NCBI GenBank assembly: GCA_963778655.1
Contig: CAVZVA010000009.1
Coordinates: 288,001-352,000 of the forward strand
Length of the DNA: 64,000 bases
Direction of reading: 5' to 3'
Source: an uncultured delta proteobacterium
GTDB taxonomy: Bacteria > Myxococcota_A > Polyangia > Polyangiales > JAFGIB01
Shown: one piece after another, positions 11,167 through 20,871 of the stretch
Numbering within the stretch: the first letter of the stretch is position 1
Layout: each line of letters opens with the position of its first letter
The notes under the pieces: model-generated
Seen by the model: only the letters and a program-made list of their open reading frames with translations
The model's database searches: none
Told to the model about the DNA's origin: nothing
Translations under genes and position numbers: made by a program

Positions 11167-11651
11167 TGAAGAGCAGGAGCCGCGCAGCGGCCACGCGTGG
11201 GGGTGGGCCCCGTTGGGCTTTGCCCAACGGGCGGGGGCGGCGCGTGGCGCGCCCGGCAAGCTGGTTGAAGAGCAGGAGCCGCGCAGCGGCCACGCGTGGG
11301 GGTGGGCCCCGTTGGGCTTTGCCCAACGGGCGGGGGCGGCGCGTGGCGCGCCCGGCAAGCTGGTTGAAGAGCAGGAGCCGCGCAGCGGCCACGCGTGGGG
11401 GTGGGCCCCGTTGGGCTTTGCCCAACGGGCGGGGGCGGCGCGTGGCGCGCCCGGCAAGCTGGTTGAAGAGCAGGAGCCGCGCAGCGGCCACGCGTGGGGG
11501 TGGGCCCCGTTGGGCTTTGCCCAACGGGCGGGGGCGGCGCGTGCCGCGCCCGGCAAGCTGGTTGAAGAGCAGGAGCCGCGCAGCGGCCACGCGTGGGGGT
11601 GGGCCCCGTTGGGCTTTGCCCAACGGGCGGGGGCGGCGCGTGCCGCCCCCG
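11167..11651. repeat. Tandem array of ~4.9 near-identical 99-bp twin-hairpin units
   Basis: Units start at 11167, 11266, 11365, 11464 and 11563. Each has CCCGTTGGGC-TTT-GCCCAACGGG plus a second hairpin with a GCGT loop. Confidence 0.97.
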
Positions 11652-11661
11652 ATATAGAGGC

Positions 11662-11743
11662 TGCCGAGGGCGGGAGTCGAACCCGCACGCCTTTTGGGCG
11701 AGCGATTTTAAGTCGCCTGCGTCTGCCGTTCCGCCACCTCGGC
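11662..11743 (-). tRNA. tRNA-Leu (anticodon TAA), CCA not encoded
   Basis: GCCGAGG/CCTCGGC acceptor stem, D arm, GGCGA-CTTAAAA-TCGCT anticodon arm, long variable arm CGCC-CAAAA-GGCG, GCGGG-TTCGACT-CCCGC T arm, discriminator A. Confidence 0.97.
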
Positions 11744-11821
11744 GCGATCTGCAGCCCGACCGTGCCCGGCGGGCGCGACGTGCGCAAGCCCGTCGCGCGG
11801 CGATTGCCAGCGGGTGGCGCC

Positions 11822-12061
11822 TCAGGAGGCCGCGGCCACGCGCTGCTCGAGCGCCTCGTCGCCCAGCTCTCGGCGCGTCTCGGCGACCAGCTCCAGCAGC
11901 TCCCGCGCCTCGAGCAGGCCGGCGTCGCACAAGGCCCGCATGTAGCCGTCGGCGTACGCCTGTGCGCGGACCTTGCTCGCGTGCAGATCTCCGCGGTAGC
12001 GCGCCTCGATCGACGCGCTCAGCAACCTGCGGACCTCGGCCAGTAGCTGTTCGTAGCCCAT
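11822..12061 (-). CDS. Small hypothetical protein, 79 aa
   Basis: GGAGG RBS; helical sequence with AQAYADGYMRALCDAGLL. Confidence 0.7.
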   Translation of the reverse strand: MGYEQLLAEVRRLLSASIEARYRGDLHASKVRAQAYADGYMRALCDAGLLEARELLELVAETRRELGDEALEQRVAAAS

Positions 12062-12160
12062 CGCCCTGCCTCCACATTGGGCACGCTCGGGTGCCGTGTG
12101 TTCAGAGCGATGCACGCCGCGATCGCCACGGTCAAGAAAACGGCGCGCAAGCCGATCGGC

Positions 12161-13024
12161 TCAGCCGAGGTACTTGCCGATCAAGGGCGCGAGCGCGGCT
12201 CGGGTCGCGGCCGGGATGTGCTCGGGCGCGGTGAGGATCGCGTTTTGCAGCGCGCTGGCGGCCGGGCTCTGGCTCGCGTCGGGCAGTCGCGAGCACAGCG
12301 CGCCGATCACCTGGCGCGCCGTGCGCACGTTCTGCTGCAGCACGCGGATCACGGCCTCGACCGAGACCGGCTGCTCGTTCTGGTGCCAGCAGTCGTAGTC
12401 GGTGACCATCGCCAGCGAGGCATAGGGCAGCTCGGCTTCGCGCGCGAGCTTGGCCTCCGGCAGATTGGTCATGCCGACGACGGCAGCTCCCCAGCTCCGA
12501 TACAACTCCGACTCGGCGCGGGTCGAGAACTGCGGGCCGTCCATGCACACGTAGGTGCCGCCGACGTGCAGCGGCGCGCCGACCTGCTCGGCCGCGGCAT
12601 AGCACGCCTCCAGCAGCGCGCGGTCGACTGGATCGCCGAAGCCAACGTGGGCTACCAGCTCGTAATCGTCGAAGAAGGTGCTGCGGCGCCCGCGCGTGCG
12701 GTCGATGTACTGGTCGACCAGCACGAACTCACCAGGGTGAATGCTGTCTTTGAGCGAGCCGACCGCCGACACGCTCAGCACCTGCTGTGCGCCGAGCTGC
12801 TTGAGCGCGAACAGGTTGGCGCGATAGTTGATGCGGTGCGGGGCGTAGCGGTGGCCGCGGCCGTGGCGCGGCAGAAACAGCAGAGTGGTCTGGCCGAGGC
12901 GGCCGCGCACGATCGCGTCCGAGGGGTCTCCGAACGGTGTGCTGAGGCGAATCTCCTCGATCGAGCTCAGCCCTTCGAGCTCGTAGAGGCCGCTGCCGCC
13001 GATGATTCCGAGGCACTGTTGCAT
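12161..13024 (-). CDS. mtnP: S-methyl-5'-thioadenosine phosphorylase
   Basis: GIIGGSGLY, FLPRHG..H, INYRAN, AVGSL, GPQFSTRAES, GMTNLPEAKLAREAE, VTDYDCW. Confidence 0.95.
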   Translation of the reverse strand: MQQCLGIIGGSGLYELEGLSSIEEIRLSTPFGDPSDAIVRGRLGQTTLLFLPRHGRGHRYAPHRINYRANLFALKQLGAQQVLSVSAVGSLKDSIHPGEFVLVDQYIDRTRGRRSTFFDDYELVAHVGFGDPVDRALLEACYAAAEQVGAPLHVGGTYVCMDGPQFSTRAESELYRSWGAAVVGMTNLPEAKLAREAELPYASLAMVTDYDCWHQNEQPVSVEAVIRVLQQNVRTARQVIGALCSRLPDASQSPAASALQNAILTAPEHIPAATRAALAPLIGKYLG

Positions 13025-13074
13025 GGGCGAGCTCGCGCGGGCCAAGCCGTATCACGACTCCGCCGCGATCGCCA

Positions 13075-14556
13075 TCAGCTGCCTCCGTCGGCGTCGCTCG
13101 CGGGCGCCAGCGCGCTTCCCGCCGGCACGCGGATGCGCAGGGTGCGCTGCACCAGGATCAGCCCGTCGCCCTCGATCTGCACCACCGCGCGAAAGGTCTG
13201 GTCGACGTCGGTCGCCGCGATGTGCCGGTTCTGCAAAACCACGTCGAAGGCCAGTGCGGCGCGCGAGGGCACCTGCACGAAGCTGTCCGGCTCGCCGTCG
13301 GGCGCGTCCGCCGGCAGCAGGTCGGCGATCATGGGCGCGTCGGCAGTCGCGTCCTGAGCCAGCTGCAGCGGCTCGACTCTGCGCACGAAGCCGAGCGGAT
13401 CGTCGTCGGCGTAGCCGCTCACGCTCTCGAAGCGAATGCCGTCGACCAGACCGACGATCGCGTCGACCAGCGTGGTGGAGAGGCCGCCGCCCTGCGCGTC
13501 GACGTCGAACACTAGCGGGCACGCGTCGCCGCTGCTGGGCACCGGATCGCCCTGCAAGCCCGTCGGGCAGGTGCCTTCGGTGGGCGCGGCGCCGAGCGCG
13601 CCGGTCAGCAGCGCGACCTGCTCCAGGTCGGCCCGGGCCTTGGCGTGCATGGCGTCGTCGCACTCGCCGCGCGAGCTGGCAGCGTTGCACGCGCCGCTGA
13701 CGATGCCGACCAGCTTGGCGCCGAGCTCGTGCAGAGCCATGCCGGCCTGCGCCAGCGTGTGGGTGCCGGGAAAGACGTCGCCGTAGTCCTCCGGCTGGTG
13801 GCTCGGTGCGTCGGTGATGTGCAGCACGACGCGCAGCGCGCCGGCTCGAAACCCAACCCCGCCCGCGCTCCCGCCGCCCGGCGCGGGGCGGCCGTCATAG
13901 GGTGCGATCAGAGTCTCGCCGTCCAACACGTAGCCCTTGCCGGTCGCGATTTGCCACAGCGCCTCGGCGCCGGCCTCGGGGGTGTCGCCACCTTCGCCGA
14001 GCGGCTGGTCCAGGCGCGCCACCGCGCTCTCGACCGCATCCTGATCGGAGGTGATCGGGCTGAGCAGCACGAAGGGTGTGTCGGCGGGTCTTCCGTTCGC
14101 GGTCGAGCCGGGCGAGCCGAACGGCGGCCGCGGAAAGTCCTCGAACTTGGCGACGCCGAAGCGCACGTCATCGACGCGGCTCTTGAGCTCGGGCACGACG
14201 CTGCTGGCGAGGTCTTGCTGGAGCTGGTCGATCTCCTGCCCGATGCTGGCCGTGGTGTCGACCGAGAAACACACGTCGAGCACCCCAGGGTCGGCCGTGA
14301 GCGTGATGCGCCGGCGCTGCTCCGGGCCGCCGAACGGCAGCACGACCTCCTCGTCGGCGGCCGGCAGGATGGCGCCGCCGTCGGGGCGCGGTGAGCGCTC
14401 GCTCGCGCTCCCCGTTTGCGATCCGCCGTCACCCCGCTTGCGCGCCGGCCCCGCGCTGATGCCGGGCGGGCCCGGGGCGCGGTGGCTGCAGCTCACGCCC
14501 GCGCTCAGTAGGCCGAGCGACAGCAGCGCGGCGCTCGGGCACCTTCGTGCGTTCAT
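13075..14556 (-). CDS. vWA-domain lipoprotein
   Basis: Signal peptide with lipobox-like AGVSC, MIDAS-like VDTTAS, GGDTPEA..EAL, GFRAGALRVVLHITDA. Confidence 0.8.
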   Translation of the reverse strand: MNARRCPSAALLSLGLLSAGVSCSHRAPGPPGISAGPARKRGDGGSQTGSASERSPRPDGGAILPAADEEVVLPFGGPEQRRRITLTADPGVLDVCFSVDTTASIGQEIDQLQQDLASSVVPELKSRVDDVRFGVAKFEDFPRPPFGSPGSTANGRPADTPFVLLSPITSDQDAVESAVARLDQPLGEGGDTPEAGAEALWQIATGKGYVLDGETLIAPYDGRPAPGGGSAGGVGFRAGALRVVLHITDAPSHQPEDYGDVFPGTHTLAQAGMALHELGAKLVGIVSGACNAASSRGECDDAMHAKARADLEQVALLTGALGAAPTEGTCPTGLQGDPVPSSGDACPLVFDVDAQGGGLSTTLVDAIVGLVDGIRFESVSGYADDDPLGFVRRVEPLQLAQDATADAPMIADLLPADAPDGEPDSFVQVPSRAALAFDVVLQNRHIAATDVDQTFRAVVQIEGDGLILVQRTLRIRVPAGSALAPASDADGGS

Positions 14557-14738
14557 GCGCTCAGGCTTGCTCGGCCGGAGCCGCCGAGCAACCGCCGGGC
14601 GAGCTCGCGATCTGGGCGTCCGGTGCCGGCGTCGCCGCGAATCGGTCGCGATCCGCGCGCTCGGGGTATCGAGATCGGCTCTGGCTCCCCGGCAGTCGGT
14701 GAACGTGCAAGTCGCACAGGGTGGTCAGAGGTCGCCAT

Positions 14739-14766
14739 TTGACAGCTCGGGGGCTACGCGTAGCAT
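14739..14766 (+). promoter_or_regulatory. Putative sigma70 promoter of the FHA gene
   Basis: TTGACA-16nt-TAGCAT, ~60 nt upstream of ATG 14824. Confidence 0.55.
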
Positions 14767-14823
14767 GCGAATTCAGCAGGTTGCGCCCCTCGGCTGGTGC
14801 TCCCACGCACCAGCGTGGCCGAC

Positions 14824-16488
14824 ATGATCAAGCTCGTCATCTCTGACAACGAAGGCACGACGACGGTTGTTCCTCTCGTTCGCGACGAGGTTTCAATCGG
14901 CCGCAAGGAAGGCAACACGATCCGACTGACCGAGCGCAATATCTCGCGCGAGCACTGCCAGCTCCAGCGCCACAACGGCAGCTTTCTGGTGCGCGATCTC
15001 CGCTCCTACAACGGCGTGCTGCTCAATGGGCAACGCGTGGTGGGTCAATCGGAGCTCAAGCCCGGCGACGAGCTGCGCATCGGAGACTACACGCTGCTGC
15101 TGGAGGCCGAGGCGCGCCAGGCGGTCGACGCGACCGAGACCGAGCCCACGCGCGTGACGCCCGTCCCGCGCACGCCGCCTCGCCTGGTGGTGCTGAACGC
15201 GCCGCTGGCCGGCGCCGAGTTCTCGCTGCCCGAGCACGGTGAGCTGCGCATCGGCCGCGCGCCCGATCTGGACATCGCGCTTGACCACCGCTCGGTGTCG
15301 CGCGAGCACGCGCGGATCGTGTGCGCGCCCGGACAGGTTCGCATCATCGACAGCGGCAGCATCAACGGCATCGTCGTCAACCGCCAGAAGCAGAGCGAGG
15401 CGCAGCTTTCGCCCGGCGACGTGATCGAGCTCGGCGACGTGCTGCTGCGCTTCGTCGGACCCGGCGAGCAGTACGTGTTCGATCCGGGCGAGGTGCGCAC
15501 GCTGCTGGCGCCGCGGGGCAAGGGCCTGCCCAAGCAATCGTTGCTCGCGGCCGCGGTGATCTCGGTCGCGGCGCTGTTGGCGCTGCTGATCGTGCGCTCG
15601 GGGTCGAAGCCGAGCGCAGCGCCGCCAGCCAGCCAGGCCCCGCCGGCTGCCACGGCGGCTGCCCCGGTGCCGGTGGCGGCGCCCGCGCCTGCCCCGCAGC
15701 CCACTCCCGCCGATCAGTTTGCCGAGCTGCTCTCGTCCTGCCAGCAAGCCAACGAGGGCGGCCGCTACGCCGAGGCCGTCGCGCACGCCAACGCCGCCCT
15801 GAAGGTGCGCCCCGATGCGGCCGAGGCCCTGGCCTGTCGCGACACCGCGCGCGTCAATAACGAGCAGGAGCAGATCTACGTGCGGGCCAAGGCGGCGCTG
15901 GAGGCCGGCGACGCCGAAGGCGCGTGGAAGGAGCTGTCGAGCTTGAGCGCGGGCAGCGCCGTGGCTGCGCGACCCGAGGTGGTCGCCGCGCTCACCGATG
16001 CGGCGCGCTCGCGGCTGGCTGCGGCCCAGAGCGGGCTGCGCAAGCACCCCGAGCAGGCTGCAGAGCTCGCGGGCGGAGTGCTCGCGGTGGAGCTGGTGCC
16101 GGCGGACATGCGCGCTCAGGCGCGCGCGATCGTAGACCGCGCGACCTCGGCGCGGGCGCCCAAGCTGGTCAAGGCCGAGCTCAAGCCGCGCAGCGCACCG
16201 GCGGCCGAGCCGCGGCCCAAGCCGGCCCCGGCGCCGCACCCCGCGAGCGGCGGCTCGCCGATTGCCGCCGCGAGCGCGTGTCTGGCGCGCGGTGACAACG
16301 CCTGCGTGATCCGCGCGCTCAACGGCAAGGCGCAGACCGCGCAGGAGCTCGGCTTGCTGATCGAGACCTACCGCGCGGTCGGCGAGTCCGCGCAGGCGTA
16401 CCGCAACATGGCGGTCTACGTGCAGCGCTTTCCGACTGCGCGCCGTGCCGAGGTCTATCGCGAAATGCTCGAACGGCAGGGACACTGA
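14824..16488 (+). CDS. Double-FHA single-pass membrane protein with periplasmic TPR-like region and conserved C-terminal domain
   Basis: FHA1 IGRKEGN...ISREH...SYNG; FHA2 IGRAPD...VSREH...SING; TM LLAAAVISVAALLALLIV; Pro/Ala linkers. Confidence 0.9.
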   Translation: MIKLVISDNEGTTTVVPLVRDEVSIGRKEGNTIRLTERNISREHCQLQRHNGSFLVRDLRSYNGVLLNGQRVVGQSELKPGDELRIGDYTLLLEAEARQAVDATETEPTRVTPVPRTPPRLVVLNAPLAGAEFSLPEHGELRIGRAPDLDIALDHRSVSREHARIVCAPGQVRIIDSGSINGIVVNRQKQSEAQLSPGDVIELGDVLLRFVGPGEQYVFDPGEVRTLLAPRGKGLPKQSLLAAAVISVAALLALLIVRSGSKPSAAPPASQAPPAATAAAPVPVAAPAPAPQPTPADQFAELLSSCQQANEGGRYAEAVAHANAALKVRPDAAEALACRDTARVNNEQEQIYVRAKAALEAGDAEGAWKELSSLSAGSAVAARPEVVAALTDAARSRLAAAQSGLRKHPEQAAELAGGVLAVELVPADMRAQARAIVDRATSARAPKLVKAELKPRSAPAAEPRPKPAPAPHPASGGSPIAAASACLARGDNACVIRALNGKAQTAQELGLLIETYRAVGESAQAYRNMAVYVQRFPTARRAEVYREMLERQGH

Positions 16489-16625
16489 TGCACGAACGCT
16501 ACACGGCGCGTGGTGCTAGCCCCGTCCTCGGGTGCGAAACGTTTGACACTGCAAACGCCCGCGTGATAGGCCCGCAGCCGCGCGGGGGTTCTCTCCTGCG
16601 ACGACTACAGGCCTGGGTCCGGAAC

Positions 16626-18686
16626 ATGTCTTGGCAACGCGCGGCCCTCGTCGGACTGGCACTCGCGGTCCTGGTGGGAGGCCTGGCAGGGCCGGCGGCC
16701 GCGCAGAGCGCCCAGCTCGTCGGCGGCGGCATGGATGCGCATCTGTTTCGCCCCGCCGTCGATTCCAAGGGCTACATCAGCACCAACGGCACCAACATTC
16801 TCGGCGCCGGCGACTACAGCTTCGGGCTGGTCCTCGACATGGGCTTTGGCATCATGCCCGTGCACGGCTTCGCCTACGACAAGGGCGCGCCCGTCACCTT
16901 CAACACGCAGGGCCAGGGCACGGGCGGTTTCGATACCACCACCCACCTGATAAACCAGGCGATCACCGGCACGCTGCACTTCAACTACGGCATCGCGAAC
17001 AAGGGCGTGGTCGGCGTGCAGGTGCCGATCATGGTGATCGGCGGGCCGAGCCAGATCATTCCGGGCGTCTACAACGACAACGGCGCGCCGACGGGCCTCG
17101 ATACCCAGGGCTTCGGCAACATCACGCTGCACGGCAAGCTGCGGCTAGTGCGCTACGAGGAGAGCAAGATCGGCCTGGCCGCGATCCTCCACCTCGAGCT
17201 GCCGACCGGCAACAGTAAGCAGTTCCGCGGCGAGCCCGGTTTCGCCGCCTGGCCCGTGCTGGCGATGGACTGGGTGCCGGTGCCCGCGTTCCGCTTGGGC
17301 GTCAACCTCGGCTACCGCTTCAACTCCGGCAAGGGGGCGACGCTGCCCTACGACGGCCGCGTGCGGCCGATCAGCGACGTGAACAACGCGCCGGCGCAGC
17401 TGCTGTTTCCGGACGTGTGCGAGGGTGGCGGCAACGTCACCAACGCGACTTGCCCGGGCGCGGTGCAGGGCGGCACGCCGGTCAAGTACGACGACATGAT
17501 CACCGGCGGCGTGGCCGCCGCGCTGCGCTTCGCCAAGTCGGCCGAGTTGGTCGCGGACGCCTACGGCGGCCAGATCGCGAGCGCGATCGGTGACAAGGGC
17601 TCGCTCGGGCTGGAGGCGATCGGTGGCCTCAAGATCTACGTCGAAGAGAACAGCTACCTGGTGCTCGCGGGCGGCGTGGGGCCGGTGCAGAGCATCAATT
17701 CCGCGGACGTGCGTGCGGTGCTCGGCTTCATCTTCGAGCCGTCGATCGGCGACCGCGACGGCGACGGCTACAAGGACGATGTCGATCAGTGTCCCGACCA
17801 GCCCGAGGACTTCGACCATTTCCAGGATGAGGACGGCTGTCCCGATCCCGACAACGATCGCGACGGCATCCTCGACGTCGACGACGAGTGCCCGCTGGTG
17901 CCCGAGGACCACGACGGCGACGCCGACGAGGACGGCTGTCCCGAGGGTACGATCGGCGACCGTGACGGCGACGGCATTCTCGACAACGTCGACAAGTGCC
18001 CCGACGACCCGGAGGACCGCGACGGCTTCCAGGACGAGGACGGCTGCCCTGATCCCGACAACGACAACGACGGAATCCTCGACGTCAACGACCTGTGTCC
18101 CAACGATCCCGAGGACAAGGACAATTTCGAGGACACCGACGGTTGCCCCGATCCGGACAACGACAAGGATCGCATTCCCGACGTCAACGACGCCTGCCCC
18201 AACGACCCCGAGACCTACAACGGCTTCCAGGATGAGGACGGCTGCCCCGACCGCGGCAACGTGATCATCGAGGAAAACGAGATCATCATCCTCGAGAAGA
18301 TCTACTTTGCGACCGACAGCGCCGAGATCCTGCCGCGGTCGTTTCCAATCGTCGACGCGGTGGCCGCGACCTTGATCGGCAACCCCCAGATCACCCTGGT
18401 CGAGGTGCAGGGCCATGCCGACGAGCGCGGCTCCGACGAGTACAATATCAAGCTGACCGCGGACCGCGCGGCGTCCGTGGTGCAAGCGCTGGGCCAGCGC
18501 GGGGTCGACCTCAAACGTCTGCGCAGCGCCGGCTACGGCGAGCGCTGTCCGGTCGATCCCCGCCACAATCCGGAGGCCTGGGACAAGAATCGGCGCGTCG
18601 AGTTCAAGATCATCCGCACCGACAGCGGGCCGACCGGGGTCGAGGTGGCTTGCCCGGCGGGGCAGGACTTGGTACCCAAGGACTGA
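16626..18686 (+). CDS. Outer-membrane beta-barrel / thrombospondin type 3 repeat / OmpA-C protein (TraB-like architecture)
   Basis: Signal peptide, beta-rich N-domain, five ~33-aa DxDxDG..D..D.CP repeats (~17750-18250), OmpA C-terminal motifs VQGHADERG..YNIKL..DRA and NRRVEF. Start could be 16488. Confidence 0.9.
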   Translation: MSWQRAALVGLALAVLVGGLAGPAAAQSAQLVGGGMDAHLFRPAVDSKGYISTNGTNILGAGDYSFGLVLDMGFGIMPVHGFAYDKGAPVTFNTQGQGTGGFDTTTHLINQAITGTLHFNYGIANKGVVGVQVPIMVIGGPSQIIPGVYNDNGAPTGLDTQGFGNITLHGKLRLVRYEESKIGLAAILHLELPTGNSKQFRGEPGFAAWPVLAMDWVPVPAFRLGVNLGYRFNSGKGATLPYDGRVRPISDVNNAPAQLLFPDVCEGGGNVTNATCPGAVQGGTPVKYDDMITGGVAAALRFAKSAELVADAYGGQIASAIGDKGSLGLEAIGGLKIYVEENSYLVLAGGVGPVQSINSADVRAVLGFIFEPSIGDRDGDGYKDDVDQCPDQPEDFDHFQDEDGCPDPDNDRDGILDVDDECPLVPEDHDGDADEDGCPEGTIGDRDGDGILDNVDKCPDDPEDRDGFQDEDGCPDPDNDNDGILDVNDLCPNDPEDKDNFEDTDGCPDPDNDKDRIPDVNDACPNDPETYNGFQDEDGCPDRGNVIIEENEIIILEKIYFATDSAEILPRSFPIVDAVAATLIGNPQITLVEVQGHADERGSDEYNIKLTADRAASVVQALGQRGVDLKRLRSAGYGERCPVDPRHNPEAWDKNRRVEFKIIRTDSGPTGVEVACPAGQDLVPKD

Positions 18687-18768
18687 TCCCGAGCGGTTGC
18701 TCGGGGACCTCCGGTGGCTTTACTTACGAACTCATCGTTTTTTGCGCACGCGATTCGGCGGGCCTGAG

Positions 18769-19326
18769 ATGTCCCGGGAACAATTCGTCAGTTTCGTACG
18801 GGGGGCGATCCTGTCGTTGCCCCAACACCTCAAGGGCGCGTTGCGGTTGGTGGACGACCCGAACATCCCGGACGAGGGGAGGGTGGTGGCGGCCGGGGCG
18901 GTGATGCACTGGCTCAGCGGCTCCAACACCATCCCGGGCGTGCGGGGAGGGCTGCTCTCCTACGTCGACGACGTGCTGGTGCTGCGCCTGGCGTACGCGC
19001 GCATCGAGAGCATCGCGCCCGAGGCGATGGCGCGTCATCGCGCAGATTCGCCCGAGCTGTTCGGCGGCTTGACCGAAGAAGTCGCGCTGCTGCGAAGCTA
19101 TTTGGGCGAGGGCGTGGCCGTGCTCGACAAGGCGGTGGAGCGGCTGGCGCAGACCAAGCACCACGGGCGCACGGCGGCGCAGTGCGTGGCCGACCAGGAG
19201 GCCGGCACCATGCTCTACGACGAGGTGCAGTCGGCGCTGGTGGACCTCGACATCGAGGACGAAGCCATCGGCCGGGCGCTCAAGCAGCTCGATCCGGTGC
19301 TGGACGGCCTGCGCCAACGCGGCTGA
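18769..19326 (+). CDS. YkvA/DUF1232-like protein
   Basis: AAGAVMHWLS..NTIPGV..GLLSYVDDVLVL resembles the YkvA D.IPD..G..DD motif. Confidence 0.65.
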   Translation: MSREQFVSFVRGAILSLPQHLKGALRLVDDPNIPDEGRVVAAGAVMHWLSGSNTIPGVRGGLLSYVDDVLVLRLAYARIESIAPEAMARHRADSPELFGGLTEEVALLRSYLGEGVAVLDKAVERLAQTKHHGRTAAQCVADQEAGTMLYDEVQSALVDLDIEDEAIGRALKQLDPVLDGLRQRG

Positions 19327-20596
19327 CGCGGTCGCCGGCCATCTGCAGCCTTGTGCCGGTGAGCCACAACGGCGTCACCAGGATCAGGGTTTCAAGCCAC
19401 AACCCCGGCCGCACGCCGAGGGCGATGCGCAGCGCGGCCAGGGCGTATGCGCTGCACAGCAGGCCCAATCCGAGCGGTCCGGTGGCGTCCAGCCAGCCGT
19501 CGGTGGCGAACAACTGCGCGCAGCGCGCCGCCAGGCGGGGTCGCGGCGCGGGTGAGGCCGGGGCTGGCACCGGCGCGCCCGTGCGGGCCTGCGGGGCGCG
19601 CGAAGGGCGAGCCGCGAAGCCGCGCTCCAGCCCCAGCGTGATCAGCAGCGCGAAAAGGCCGAGCCCCAGCCCCGGGCGCGGCTCGTAGACGAGCGCGGCG
19701 GCTGTGGCCAGCGCCAGGCTGCACGCGCCGCGCGTGCGCGCGGAAAGCGGCACGAGCGGCCGCGGGCGCACGCCGTGTCGGCGACTGGCCGCGCGTACCG
19801 CGCGGCGCTTGAGCCACAGCAGGCCGAGCAGCAACGCGCTGGCTGCCAGCGTTGGGCGCAGGTGCTGTCCAGGCGGCGCGTGCGGCGTCACCGGCGCAGC
19901 CACGGCCGCGCCGGCCGGCAGCTCGAGCTCGAAGCCGAAGGCGACCGTACGGGGCAGCGGCGAGCGCTGCAGGTGGAACAAGGTGCGACCGTCCCGCTCG
20001 ACCCGCTGGCGCTGCACCGCGGCGTCGGCATCGCTTTCCGAGGCCGCGAGCCGGGCTCCGGCCGGAGCGTCGAGCCAGATGTCGGCCGTCTGCAGGTCCG
20101 CCTCCCATGCGGGCAGCGACCAGCCGATCGCGAGCTTTCCCGCAGCGTCCGGCTCGAGCTCGCCCAGGCTGGTGGTGTAGAACAGCGCGAGCCGGTGCGC
20201 TCCGCGTCGCGGCGCCGCGTGCCGGTCGGGAAACGAGAAGACGGCGCGGCCGCGCGCGTCGACGTGGACCTCGGGCGCGAAGCTGCGCCCGTCGTCGGAC
20301 ACGATCGACGCCGGCCGGCTCGGGTCGAGCTCGAGGCCGCTGCCGAGCCCGGTGAGCTCGAAGCGCGAGAGCCAGCCGCCGTGCACCCGCAGCGTCAGCG
20401 CGAGCGCGACCCGTGCGCGCGCAGCGCCCTCGAGCGTGACGTGCGCCTCCGCGCTCTCGACCGAGGCGCGGGTCCAGGCGTGTGCCGTGGCGCCGGAGCC
20501 GGTCAGCCAGGCCGCGAGCGCCAGCGCGCCAGCGCGTCGGGCGAGCCGCGCCCGCGCCTGTCCCGGGGCGGGCCGCCGCGCGAGTGGCCGTGGCAT
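19280..20596 (-). CDS. Hypothetical membrane protein (signal peptide, soluble beta domain, C-terminal TM helices)
   Basis: AHA|W signal cleavage, several hydrophobic segments; overlaps the convergent gene end by 47 nt. Confidence 0.7.
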   Translation of the reverse strand: MPRPLARRPAPGQARARLARRAGALALAAWLTGSGATAHAWTRASVESAEAHVTLEGAARARVALALTLRVHGGWLSRFELTGLGSGLELDPSRPASIVSDDGRSFAPEVHVDARGRAVFSFPDRHAAPRRGAHRLALFYTTSLGELEPDAAGKLAIGWSLPAWEADLQTADIWLDAPAGARLAASESDADAAVQRQRVERDGRTLFHLQRSPLPRTVAFGFELELPAGAAVAAPVTPHAPPGQHLRPTLAASALLLGLLWLKRRAVRAASRRHGVRPRPLVPLSARTRGACSLALATAAALVYEPRPGLGLGLFALLITLGLERGFAARPSRAPQARTGAPVPAPASPAPRPRLAARCAQLFATDGWLDATGPLGLGLLCSAYALAALRIALGVRPGLWLETLILVTPLWLTGTRLQMAGDRVSRVGAGRPAPDRAA

Positions 20597-20655
20597 ATCC
20601 GCACGCTAGCAGGCCACGCCCGCGCCCGAGAAATTCCAGGTCGTGCTCTCGTTAT

Positions 20656-20677
20656 CGGGAGGGGCACGCGCCCTCCG
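20656..20677 (-). repeat. Partial twin-hairpin repeat (second hairpin only)
   Basis: CGGAGGGC-GCGT-GCCCCTCCCG on the minus strand, abutting the MITE. Confidence 0.75.
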
Positions 20678-20678
20678 G

Positions 20679-20871
20679 CTAAATCAGAGCTCGCGATTCG
20701 GGATCGAATCACAAACCGCTGATTTCTGCTTTGATTGTCAGGGAGTCGCGCCGACTCCCTGTGCGCGAGCCAAAGCCTCGCGCATTCACCCTCTCGCGGT
20801 GGTGCGGCATCGGCCGCACCGCTAAATGACCGTTCGGCATGACCGTTCCCCAATCGTGATCGGTCATTTAG
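20679..20871. mobile_element. 193-bp MITE-like element, copy 1
   Basis: Near-identical to 29847..30039; CTA...TAG ends, imperfect ~25-bp terminal inverted repeats, internal hairpins. Confidence 0.8.

Noticed and set aside
11167..11651. CRISPR array
   Set aside because: Units are near-identical over the full 99 bp with no unique spacers, and there are no cas genes in the window
11600..11743. Integrative element at the tRNA-Leu 3' end
   Set aside because: No integrase, no duplicated tRNA 3' end (att site) and no compositional shift seen
10997..12046. Repeat-encoded 33-aa-periodic ORFs on both strands
   Set aside because: Open frames follow from the GC-rich 99-bp period; they overlap panD or the tRNA and lack a convincing RBS
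16543..16570. Sigma70 promoter before the OmpA gene
   Set aside because: TTGACA is present but there is no convincing -10 box at 16-18 nt spacing
17750..18250. ~99-nt periodic DNA repeats
   Set aside because: Coding thrombospondin type 3 repeats, unrelated to the 99-bp intergenic array
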